A stretch of 64,000 nucleotides of DNA from Bacteroidota bacterium (GTDB taxonomy: Bacteria > Bacteroidota > Bacteroidia > Chitinophagales > JADIYW01). This document shows positions 28,245 through 35,551 of this stretch, one piece after another. Where the stretch lies: positions 192,041 through 256,040 of the forward strand of contig JADIYW010000028.1 in NCBI GenBank assembly GCA_016705125.1. Direction: 5' to 3'. Position 1 is the first letter of the stretch. Each line of letters starts with the position of its first letter. Made by a program: the position numbers and the translations under genes. The notes under the pieces were generated by a model that worked only from the letters and a program-made list of their open reading frames with translations, had not been told where the DNA came from and searched no databases.

Positions 28245-30257
28245 ATGTCTCAAATCTCAAATCCAAAGAAAATAACAAAACTTTTAGTAGCCAATCGGGG
28301 TGAAATAGCCATCCGGATTTTCAAAACTTGTCGCGAAATGGGCATTGCAACCGTTGCTGTTTTCTCTGATGCCGATGAAAATAGTTTATTTGTTAAAATG
28401 GCCGATGAAGCAGTTCGTATTGGTGGTAAGCAACCAAATGAATCGTATTTGGTAATGGATAAAATTATAGATGCAGCGAAACAAACAGGTGCAAATGCCA
28501 TTCATCCAGGTTATGGTTTTTTAAGTGAGAAAGTCGAATTTGCACAACGTGTAATCGATGAAAATATAATTTGGGTAGGTCCACATCCAAAAGCCATTGA
28601 AGTAATGGGATCTAAAATTGGTGCAAAAAAAATAATGCAATCGCATAATGTACCCACCATTCCTGGCTATCAAGGCGACGACCAAAGCGAATCAACCATT
28701 AAATCAAAAGCTATTGAAATTGGATTTCCCGTTTTGCTAAAAGCAAGTGCTGGCGGTGGCGGGAAAGGTATGCGTATCGTTCGGCAGGAAAGTGAATTGG
28801 ATAAAGCCATCAACGAAGCAAAATCCGAAGCTTTAAATGGCTTTGGTGATGATACTTTATTAATAGAAAAATATTTTGACACATCAAGACATGTAGAGTT
28901 TCAAATTTTTGGCGATAAACATGGAAACGCACTTCATTTATTTGAAAGAGAATGTAGCATCCAACGCCGTTATCAAAAAGTAGTAGAAGAAAGTCCTTCG
29001 CCATTTATTACCCAAGAAACACGCCAAAAAATGGGCGATGCTGCAGTTGCTGCGTGTAAAGCAATTGCTTATGATAATGCTGGAACGGTAGAATTTATTG
29101 TGGCACCTGATCAATCTTTTTATTTTTTGGAAGTAAATACTCGTTTGCAAGTAGAGCATCCAATTACTGAAGAAGTAACAGGTTTGGATTTAGTTCGATT
29201 GCAAATAGAAGTTGCCGAAGGTCGCCCAATTCCTTTCAACCAAGAAGCAATTTCGCAATGCGGACATGCAATTGAAGTACGAGTATATGCAGAAGATGCA
29301 GCCAATAATTTTATGCCTGTGAGTGGTAAAATAATAGATTGGATTCCTGCAAAAATTGATGGTTTGCGTTATGATACTGGAATAGAAAGTGGTTCAGAGA
29401 TTTCTACTTTTTACGATCCAATGATTGCAAAAATAATTGCAAAAGGGAAAAACAGACAAGAAGCTATTTCAAAACTTACATTGGCCTTACAAGAATTAGT
29501 TTTAACAGGTTTTACCACAAACAAAAACTTCCTTACTGCAATTTTACAAAATGAAGATTTTCAAAAGGGAGATTTTGATACCCATTTTTTAGATAAAATA
29601 TTCAAATATGAAGGCGAAAAATACAATCAAGAATCTATTGATATTTTAACTTGTGCTTTACAACATTATCGCTTTTTAGAACGGCAGAAAAATCAACCCA
29701 TTTCCAACCTGTCAGGTTGGAGAAATAATTTTTATCAACCACAACAAGAAAAATATAGCTTTGGTGGTTTTGAGTTTTTAGTAGAATATAAAAATGAAAA
29801 TGGTGTTTTGAATATTTCATTTGCGGAAAAAACATTTAAAAGTAAAAATTGTCCACAGACCACTGTCGACTGTCGACCGTTGACCGCTGACATCTTTTAC
29901 GTTTTCGAAATAAACAATATCCGTCGTAAATTTTTCTTCTCACAAAATGGCAATCAATATTTTGTTCATTCACCACAACTTGGGCAAATTGTTTTACTAA
30001 GTATAGATAAATTCCCGAATCCAATAGAAGAAACGGTAAAAGGTGGTTATGCTGCACCGATGCCTGGAGAGGTTACAATTGTTTTGGTAAAAGCTGGTGA
30101 TACGGTGAAAAGTGGTGATGCATTATTAAAAATGATTTCGATGAAAATGGAAAGCACCATTGAAGCACAAGCCGATGGCGAGGTGGAAGAAATTTATGTA
30201 AGCGACAAACAATTTGTAGAAGCAGGAACTTTGTTGTTAAAGATGAAGGAGGAATGA
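28245..30257 (+). CDS. methylcrotonyl-CoA carboxylase alpha subunit (biotin carboxylase + biotinyl domain)
   Basis: 670 aa; KLLVANRGEIAIRI, GGGGKGMR, EVNTRLQVEHP, and C-terminal biotinylation SMKME. Confidence 0.9.
   Translation: MSQISNPKKITKLLVANRGEIAIRIFKTCREMGIATVAVFSDADENSLFVKMADEAVRIGGKQPNESYLVMDKIIDAAKQTGANAIHPGYGFLSEKVEFAQRVIDENIIWVGPHPKAIEVMGSKIGAKKIMQSHNVPTIPGYQGDDQSESTIKSKAIEIGFPVLLKASAGGGGKGMRIVRQESELDKAINEAKSEALNGFGDDTLLIEKYFDTSRHVEFQIFGDKHGNALHLFERECSIQRRYQKVVEESPSPFITQETRQKMGDAAVAACKAIAYDNAGTVEFIVAPDQSFYFLEVNTRLQVEHPITEEVTGLDLVRLQIEVAEGRPIPFNQEAISQCGHAIEVRVYAEDAANNFMPVSGKIIDWIPAKIDGLRYDTGIESGSEISTFYDPMIAKIIAKGKNRQEAISKLTLALQELVLTGFTTNKNFLTAILQNEDFQKGDFDTHFLDKIFKYEGEKYNQESIDILTCALQHYRFLERQKNQPISNLSGWRNNFYQPQQEKYSFGGFEFLVEYKNENGVLNISFAEKTFKSKNCPQTTVDCRPLTADIFYVFEINNIRRKFFFSQNGNQYFVHSPQLGQIVLLSIDKFPNPIEETVKGGYAAPMPGEVTIVLVKAGDTVKSGDALLKMISMKMESTIEAQADGEVEEIYVSDKQFVEAGTLLLKMKEE
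29851..29891 (+). repeat. GTCGAC-word stretch read in frame (PQTTVDCRPLTAD) between the BC and biotinyl domains
   Basis: gtccacagaccactgtcgactgtcgaccgttgaccgctgac. Confidence 0.6.
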
Positions 30258-30306
30258 TTTGAGGATTTGAGGATTTGGAAATTTGAAAATTTGAAAATGA
30301 AATATT

Positions 30307-30831
30307 ATGAAAGAAATTATACCCATACAACAAAAAATATTTGAAATCAGGGGGCAAAAAGTTATGCTTGCCCCGATAGCTATCGGGGTTGATTTGGCTG
30401 TTTTGTATGAAGTTGAGACTAGGGTTTTAAATCAGGCAATTAAAAGGAATATAGAAAGTTTTCCAGATGATTTTATGTTTCAACTTTCTAAATCGGAATG
30501 GCAAAACATGTCATCACAATTTGTGATGACATATCCAATCAAAAGACCAAAATCTGCCATTCCTTATGCATTTACTGAGCATGGCGTAACCATGTTAGCA
30601 AGTGTTTTGAAAAGTCCCAAAGCAAGACAAATGAATATACAAATAGTTAGGGCATTTATTGCACTCAGAAATTGGGCACTTAATTATAAAGAATTAGCAG
30701 ATAAAATTGCGCAATTGGAAAATGACAACGATAAAAAATTTGCAGATATTTATGAGGCTTTAAATTATTTAGTAAGCGAAAAAGAAATAGAAACAAATCA
30801 AAAGGAACGAAATAAAATTGGATTTAAATAA
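30307..30831 (+). CDS. ORF6N (KilA-N-like DNA-binding) domain protein, copy 1
   Basis: IFEIRGQKVML...LAVLYEVETRVLNQAIKRN...FPDDFMFQL, and a coiled C-terminus. Confidence 0.7.
   Translation: MKEIIPIQQKIFEIRGQKVMLAPIAIGVDLAVLYEVETRVLNQAIKRNIESFPDDFMFQLSKSEWQNMSSQFVMTYPIKRPKSAIPYAFTEHGVTMLASVLKSPKARQMNIQIVRAFIALRNWALNYKELADKIAQLENDNDKKFADIYEALNYLVSEKEIETNQKERNKIGFK
30371..30388. repeat. 18-bp perfect GC-rich palindrome CCCCGATAGCTATCGGGG inside ORF6N copy 1
   Basis: Read directly. Encodes the extra residues APIAIGV where the paralogue has DF, inside the conserved VMLD-DLA-LY motif. Confidence 0.7.
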
Positions 30832-30868
30832 AAAATATAAATAATATACAAATCAAAAAGTAATAAAA

Positions 30869-31372
30869 ATGATCGAAACAATTTCCATACAACACAAAAT
30901 ATTTGAAATCAGAGGGCAGAAAGTTATGCTCGATTTTGATTTAGCTCAATTGTATGAAATAGAAACAAAGGTACTTAAGCAAAGTATCAGAAGGAATTTA
31001 AATAGATTCCCTTCTGATTTTATGTTTGAACTTACACCCGATGAATTTACCAGCTTGAGGTCACAAATTGTGACCTCAAGCTGGGGCGGAACAAGATATT
31101 TGCCTTTTGCGTTTACCGAACATGGTGTAACGATGTTAGCAAGTATCCTAAATTCTGACAAAGCAATTAATATAAACATTCAAATAGTTAGGGCATTTAT
31201 TACACTAAGAAATTGGGCACTTAATTATAAAGAATTAGCAGATAAAATTGCGCAATTGGAAAATGACAACGATAAAAAATTTGCAGACATTTATGAAGCA
31301 CTTAATTATTTAGTATCTGAAAAAGAAATGGAAACAAATCAAAAAGAACGTAAAAAAATAGGATTTAAATAA
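30869..31372 (+). CDS. ORF6N (KilA-N-like DNA-binding) domain protein, copy 2
   Basis: IFEIRGQKVMLDFDLAQLYEIETKVLKQSIRRN...FPSDFMFEL. The last 192 nt are nearly identical to copy 1. Confidence 0.75.
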   Translation: MIETISIQHKIFEIRGQKVMLDFDLAQLYEIETKVLKQSIRRNLNRFPSDFMFELTPDEFTSLRSQIVTSSWGGTRYLPFAFTEHGVTMLASILNSDKAININIQIVRAFITLRNWALNYKELADKIAQLENDNDKKFADIYEALNYLVSEKEMETNQKERKKIGFK

Positions 31373-31418
31373 CTCGAATTCCTAAATCATAAATCTAAAA
31401 TCATAAATCATAAATAAT

Positions 31419-32243
31419 ATGCTATACACACAAGAACAAACAGCCAATTTCGCAGAACAAAGTTTTGCTTATTTAATTGTAGAAGAAAAAGAAAATGTAT
31501 TAAGCATTACGCTCAATCGGCCTGATAAACGCAATGCCTTTCACATGCCTTTGGCAAATGAATTAGCGTATGCTTTAGCGTATGCGCATTATAACAATTC
31601 AATTTGGTGCGTAGTTCTCAAAGCAAATGGTCCAACTTTTTGTGCTGGTGCCGATTTAAAAGCATTTGCAGGTGCCGATACTACCGAAAAACCTTCAACC
31701 ATTCCTATGCCGAAAGACATGGTAAAACTCGGCGATGAATTCAATGGTTTACACAAACCTTGCATTGCACAAGTACATGCAGATGTTTACGCGGGTGGCT
31801 TCCTTATGATCGGCGGTGCCACACATGTAGTGGCAGTTGAGTCTGCAAAATTTGGTTTACCTGAAGTAAAACGCGGCATCTTTCCATTCCAAGTAATGGC
31901 AACATTAGAACCATTAATGTCGGCAAGGCAATTACTAGATTTATGTTTGAGGGCCAAAACATTAACCGCTCAAGAAGCAAAAGAAGTTGGATTAGTATCA
32001 GTTGTAGTACATCCTGACAGGTTGGAAGAAACGGTTCAAAATTTAGTTTCTGATATAAAAGAACAATCGCCAACTGCCATACGTTTGGGCCTAAAAGCAT
32101 TTCAAGAAATGAAAACAAAAAATGCCGACGACAAACACAAATACTTACATGCTATGTTGATGCAATGTTTACAGAGTAAAGATGCGGCAGAAGGTTTATT
32201 AGCATTCAAAGAAAAACGAAAAGCAAACTGGACAGGCAATTAA
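31419..32243 (+). CDS. enoyl-CoA hydratase family (methylglutaconyl-CoA hydratase-like)
   Basis: 274 aa; crotonase motifs NRPDKRNAF, FCAGADLK, GLPEVKRGIFP. Confidence 0.8.
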   Translation: MLYTQEQTANFAEQSFAYLIVEEKENVLSITLNRPDKRNAFHMPLANELAYALAYAHYNNSIWCVVLKANGPTFCAGADLKAFAGADTTEKPSTIPMPKDMVKLGDEFNGLHKPCIAQVHADVYAGGFLMIGGATHVVAVESAKFGLPEVKRGIFPFQVMATLEPLMSARQLLDLCLRAKTLTAQEAKEVGLVSVVVHPDRLEETVQNLVSDIKEQSPTAIRLGLKAFQEMKTKNADDKHKYLHAMLMQCLQSKDAAEGLLAFKEKRKANWTGN

Positions 32244-32248
32244 AAACT

Positions 32249-32329
32249 AACCGCAAAGGTCTCAAAGATATTACGCAAAGTTCTCTAAGAAAAACTATTC
32301 AATTCAAAAATTGCGCTCTTTGAAGTGTT
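32249..32329. repeat. cargo-less pair of inverted CGCAAAG-type word arrays
   Basis: Left: aaccgcaaaggtctcaaagatattacgcaaagttctctaag (32249-32289). Right: ttgcgctctttgaagtgtt (32311-32329). The left end matches 17/19 with the left flank of the GxxExxY-2 cassette. Confidence 0.45.
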
Positions 32330-32346
32330 AAAAAATAAAAAAGAAT

Positions 32347-33741
32347 ATGAGCAAAACAATAAGAATAGCAGGAGCACAAGGATTTTATGGTGATTCACCT
32401 TTGGGTGCAATGCAAATTGCCATGCAAGGCGCAGCCGATTATTTGATGCACGATGCATTAGCAGAACTAACTTTATCTATCTTACAAAAAGATAAGATAA
32501 AAGACCCAACGATGGGTTATGCCCGAGATATTGAGGTACATGCACGCACTTTATACCCAATGGCATTTGCAAAAGGCATTAAAATTGTAACCAATAGTGG
32601 CGGATTAAACCCTGAAAGTGCCGCCGAAAAGGTAAAAGCCATTTTAGAAAAACAGGGCATTAAAGGCGTCAAAATAGCAACCATTACTGGTGATGATGTG
32701 CTGGCACGTTTACCAGAATTTAAAGAAAATAATATAGAGTTAAATAACTTAGATGACAACTCCTCTTATTACGATTCCAAGTTTCCACCTACTCATGCCA
32801 ATGTATATATAGGTGCACAAAAAGTAAAAGAAGCATTGGACAATGGTGCCAATTTAATTTTAGCTGGTAGAGTTGCAGATCCTTGTTTGGCTTTGGGTAT
32901 TATGGCACACGAATACAATTGGAAAATAGACGATGCAACTTCACAGGAAGATTGGGACAGAATGGCATTTGCAATTACAATTGGTCATATTTTGGAATGT
33001 GGCGGACAAGCAAGTGGTGGCAATGCCTACTCCGAATGGCCTATGAATTATAGTGTGTCAGATTTGGGTTATCCCATTGCTCATGTGAATGAAGACTGCA
33101 CAGCCATTTTAACAAAAGCAGACAATACCGGAGGTAAAGTATCGAGAAATACAATTAGGGAGCAGCTGGTTTATGAAATTCACGATCCTACAAATTATAT
33201 AACGCCCGATGTAGTTGTTGACTTATCTAATATCATTTTGAAAGATGAGTCAGAAAATAGAGTATCCATTTCAGGTATAAAAGGCAAACCAAGACCAGAA
33301 AAATTAAAATTGTGTATCGGACAACATGAAGGATTTGTAACAGAGCAATTTTTCTTCTTCTCCTACCCTTTTGCTTATGATAAATTACAAATGTTCATAA
33401 AAGCCACCAAAGAAACATGGGCAAAATTACCCGTTCAAATTCTCGAATCTCGATTCAACATAATAGGAGTTAATGGTTTACATGAAGATGCGGTAGAAAT
33501 ACCAGATGTTGCAGAATTAAATCAGAGAAGTGAACTAGGATTACGAATTGCTATCAAACATAAAGACGACAGAACAGGAAAAACAGCCATTGCTGGTATT
33601 GTTTGTTTGGGTTTAAATGGCCCTCCAGGTGTAATTTCAGTGCCAGGTTGGGGAAATATGAATAGGGCAATGTTGAGTTTGTTTCCTTGTTTGATACCAA
33701 GAGAATTGATTGAACCTGAATTAAAATATATTGAAGTATAA
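32347..33741 (+). CDS. AtuA-like acyclic terpene utilisation protein (DUF1446), N-terminal body
   Basis: 464 aa; IRIAGAQGFYGDSP...DYLMHDALAELTL N-terminus typical of DUF1446. Confidence 0.7.
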   Translation: MSKTIRIAGAQGFYGDSPLGAMQIAMQGAADYLMHDALAELTLSILQKDKIKDPTMGYARDIEVHARTLYPMAFAKGIKIVTNSGGLNPESAAEKVKAILEKQGIKGVKIATITGDDVLARLPEFKENNIELNNLDDNSSYYDSKFPPTHANVYIGAQKVKEALDNGANLILAGRVADPCLALGIMAHEYNWKIDDATSQEDWDRMAFAITIGHILECGGQASGGNAYSEWPMNYSVSDLGYPIAHVNEDCTAILTKADNTGGKVSRNTIREQLVYEIHDPTNYITPDVVVDLSNIILKDESENRVSISGIKGKPRPEKLKLCIGQHEGFVTEQFFFFSYPFAYDKLQMFIKATKETWAKLPVQILESRFNIIGVNGLHEDAVEIPDVAELNQRSELGLRIAIKHKDDRTGKTAIAGIVCLGLNGPPGVISVPGWGNMNRAMLSLFPCLIPRELIEPELKYIEV

Positions 33742-33744
33742 ATT

Positions 33745-34184
33745 GTCCATAGTCGACGGTCGACAGTCGACCGTGGACTGTTAAACTAAATAATTATGGC
33801 ATTTAAATTTGAGGAATTAAGAATTTGGCAAAAAAGTGTTCAACTTACTACCATTATAGATGAAGTTGCTGACGGATTTCCCAAAAAAGAAATTTATAGC
33901 TTATCAAACCAAATTCGAAGAGCTGCTGATTCTGTATCGTTAAATATTGCAGAAGGTTCAACTGGTCAAACAAATCCTGAATTTAGAAGATTTTTTGGGT
34001 ATGGCTTTAAGATCTGGCATTGAAGTAATCGGTTGTATTTATTTAGCCAAAGAAAGAAAAATAATTAAAGAAGAAGATTTCAAAAGGGTATATGAAGGAT
34101 ATGAAGCATTAATTGTTTCAATTCAATCCCTTAGAAAAACATTATAAACTTTTCGCGGTGGACTGTAGACCGTGGACTGTGGAC
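33745..34184 (+). mobile_element. 440-bp cassette: four-helix-bundle gene bracketed by 29-bp imperfect terminal inverted repeats of GTCGAC words
   Basis: 33745-33773 gtccatagtcgacggtcgacagtcgaccg matches the reverse complement of 34156-34184 (gtccacagtccacggtctacagtccaccg) at 25/29 positions. Confidence 0.55.
33796..34147 (+). pseudogene. four-helix-bundle protein (23S rRNA intervening-sequence protein family), frameshifted
   Basis: FEELRIWQKS...LSNQIRRAADSVSLNIAEG...EFRRF, then LGMALRSGIEV...L in the +1 frame. The break is at T6, 33991-33996. Confidence 0.7.
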
Positions 34185-34200
34185 TTTAAAAAAAAACAAT

Positions 34201-34674
34201 ATGGAAAAAAAAATAGAATTTATGTTACGAGCCATTGAGCTATCAAAAAATGGGCTTGAAAGCGGAAAAGGTGGACCTTTCGGATGTGTAATTGTAAAAG
34301 ATGGAAAAATAATTGGTGAAGGCAACAATCAGGTTACATCCACCAATGATCCCACTGCTCATGCCGAAATGGTTGCAATAAGAAATGCATGCAAAAACAT
34401 AAACAGCTTTCAACTCGAAGGCTGCGAAGTATACACTTCATGCGAACCATGTCCTATGTGTTTAGGAGCTATTTATTGGGCACGTCCCGATAAAATTTAT
34501 TTTGCAAATAATCGATCAGATGCTGCTGAAATAGGCTTCGACGATGCTTTTATTTATGATGAAATAGAAGAAAAAATAGAAAATAGGCAGATACAAATGG
34601 AGCCTTTGGGTAGAATGGAGGCTTTGGAAATTTTTAAACAATGGAAATTAAAAACAGATAAAATTGAATACTAA
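34201..34674 (+). CDS. CDA-fold nucleoside/guanine deaminase
   Basis: GGPFGCVIVKDGKIIGEGNNQVTSTNDPTAHAEMVAIR and PCPMCLGA zinc motifs. Resembles B. subtilis GuaD. Confidence 0.75.
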   Translation: MEKKIEFMLRAIELSKNGLESGKGGPFGCVIVKDGKIIGEGNNQVTSTNDPTAHAEMVAIRNACKNINSFQLEGCEVYTSCEPCPMCLGAIYWARPDKIYFANNRSDAAEIGFDDAFIYDEIEEKIENRQIQMEPLGRMEALEIFKQWKLKTDKIEY

Positions 34675-34685
34675 AATTTAAAATT

Positions 34686-35003
34686 ATGGCAATGATAAAA
34701 TTAATAGATATTGCATCGGCTCGAAGTGGCGATAAAAACAATGTGTGCAATATTGGTGTAATGGCGAAATCCGTAAATGATTATGACACTTTAAAAAAGT
34801 ACCTAACCCCTGAACTTGTAAAAGCACATTTCAAGGGATTGATAAAAGGCAAAGTGGAACGCTTTGAATGGGATAGTTTAGAATCTCTAAATTTTGTATG
34901 CCATGAAGCCTTAGATGGTGGTGCATCTCGAAGTATGCGTATGGATAGTTTGGGTAAAAATTTTAGCTCCCATTTATTGAGACTTGAGATAGAAATAAAT
35001 TAA
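34686..35003 (+). CDS. small protein resembling the C-terminal domain of full-length AtuA
   Basis: 105 aa; IASARSGDKNNVCNIGVMAK resembles the RSGDKG..N.GV motif I recall from AtuA C-termini. Confidence 0.45.
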   Translation: MAMIKLIDIASARSGDKNNVCNIGVMAKSVNDYDTLKKYLTPELVKAHFKGLIKGKVERFEWDSLESLNFVCHEALDGGASRSMRMDSLGKNFSSHLLRLEIEIN

Positions 35004-35537
35004 CCGCAAAGTAAACAAAGTTTTTTCGCAAAGTTCAAAAAGAAAAATGAAAGAAAATGAGTTATCACATATTGTAATTGGATTAGCAATTGATATACAT
35101 AGTTCACTTGGTCCTGGATTATTAGAAAGTGCATATCAAGAATGTTTATTTTACAAATTAAATAAAGAAGGATTCAAAGTTGAAAAAGAAAAAACAATGC
35201 CATTAATTTTTGAGGGCTTAAAATTAGATTGTGGTTATAGAATAGATTTATTAGTTGAAAATAAATTAGTAATCGAAATAAAAAGTGTAACGGAATTAAA
35301 TGATGTTCATTTAGCACAAACCCTTACATACTTAAAATTAGGAGATTATAAACTTGGATTATTAATAAACTTTAATGTAACTCTTTTAAAATTTGGAATA
35401 AAAAGAGTAGTAAATGGATTATAAACTTTTAAATTCTTACTTTAAAAACTTGAAAGACTTATATATTATTTAAAAAACTAATTACATATAAAAACCTTTG
35501 CAAACTTTGCTTAAAAACTTTAAATTCTTTGCGGTAA
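35001..35537 (+). mobile_element. cassette: GxxExxY gene bracketed by ~42-bp imperfect inverted CGCAAAG-word arms
   Basis: Left arm 35001-35042 and the reverse complement of right arm 35495-35537 match at 32/42 positions ungapped. The left arm begins with the host stop codon (aatTAAccgcaaag). Confidence 0.45.
35047..35424 (+). CDS. GxxExxY protein (PD-(D/E)xK nuclease-fold mini-protein), copy 1
   Basis: 125 aa; GPGLLESAYQECL (GxxExxY) and YRIDLLVENKLVIEIKS (D..ExK). Confidence 0.8.
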   Translation: MKENELSHIVIGLAIDIHSSLGPGLLESAYQECLFYKLNKEGFKVEKEKTMPLIFEGLKLDCGYRIDLLVENKLVIEIKSVTELNDVHLAQTLTYLKLGDYKLGLLINFNVTLLKFGIKRVVNGL

Positions 35538-35551
35538 AAAAAAATTAAAAA

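Larger units (their letters stand above)
30255..31418 (+). mobile_element. putative cassette: two ORF6N genes bracketed by inverted ATTTGAGG/ATTTATG word arrays
   Basis: Left array 30255-30303 (tgatttgaggatttgaggatttggaaatttgaaaatttgaaaatg) begins with the MCC-alpha stop codon. Right array 31381-31418 is the same word type in reverse complement and ends at the ATG of the next host gene. Confidence 0.35.

Noticed and set aside
30307-31372. ORF6N pair considered as a prophage remnant (anti-repressor-like genes)
   Set aside because: No integrase, capsid, terminase or other phage genes are nearby. The pair sits exactly between two operon genes with inverted word arrays, which fits the mini-cassette interpretation better.
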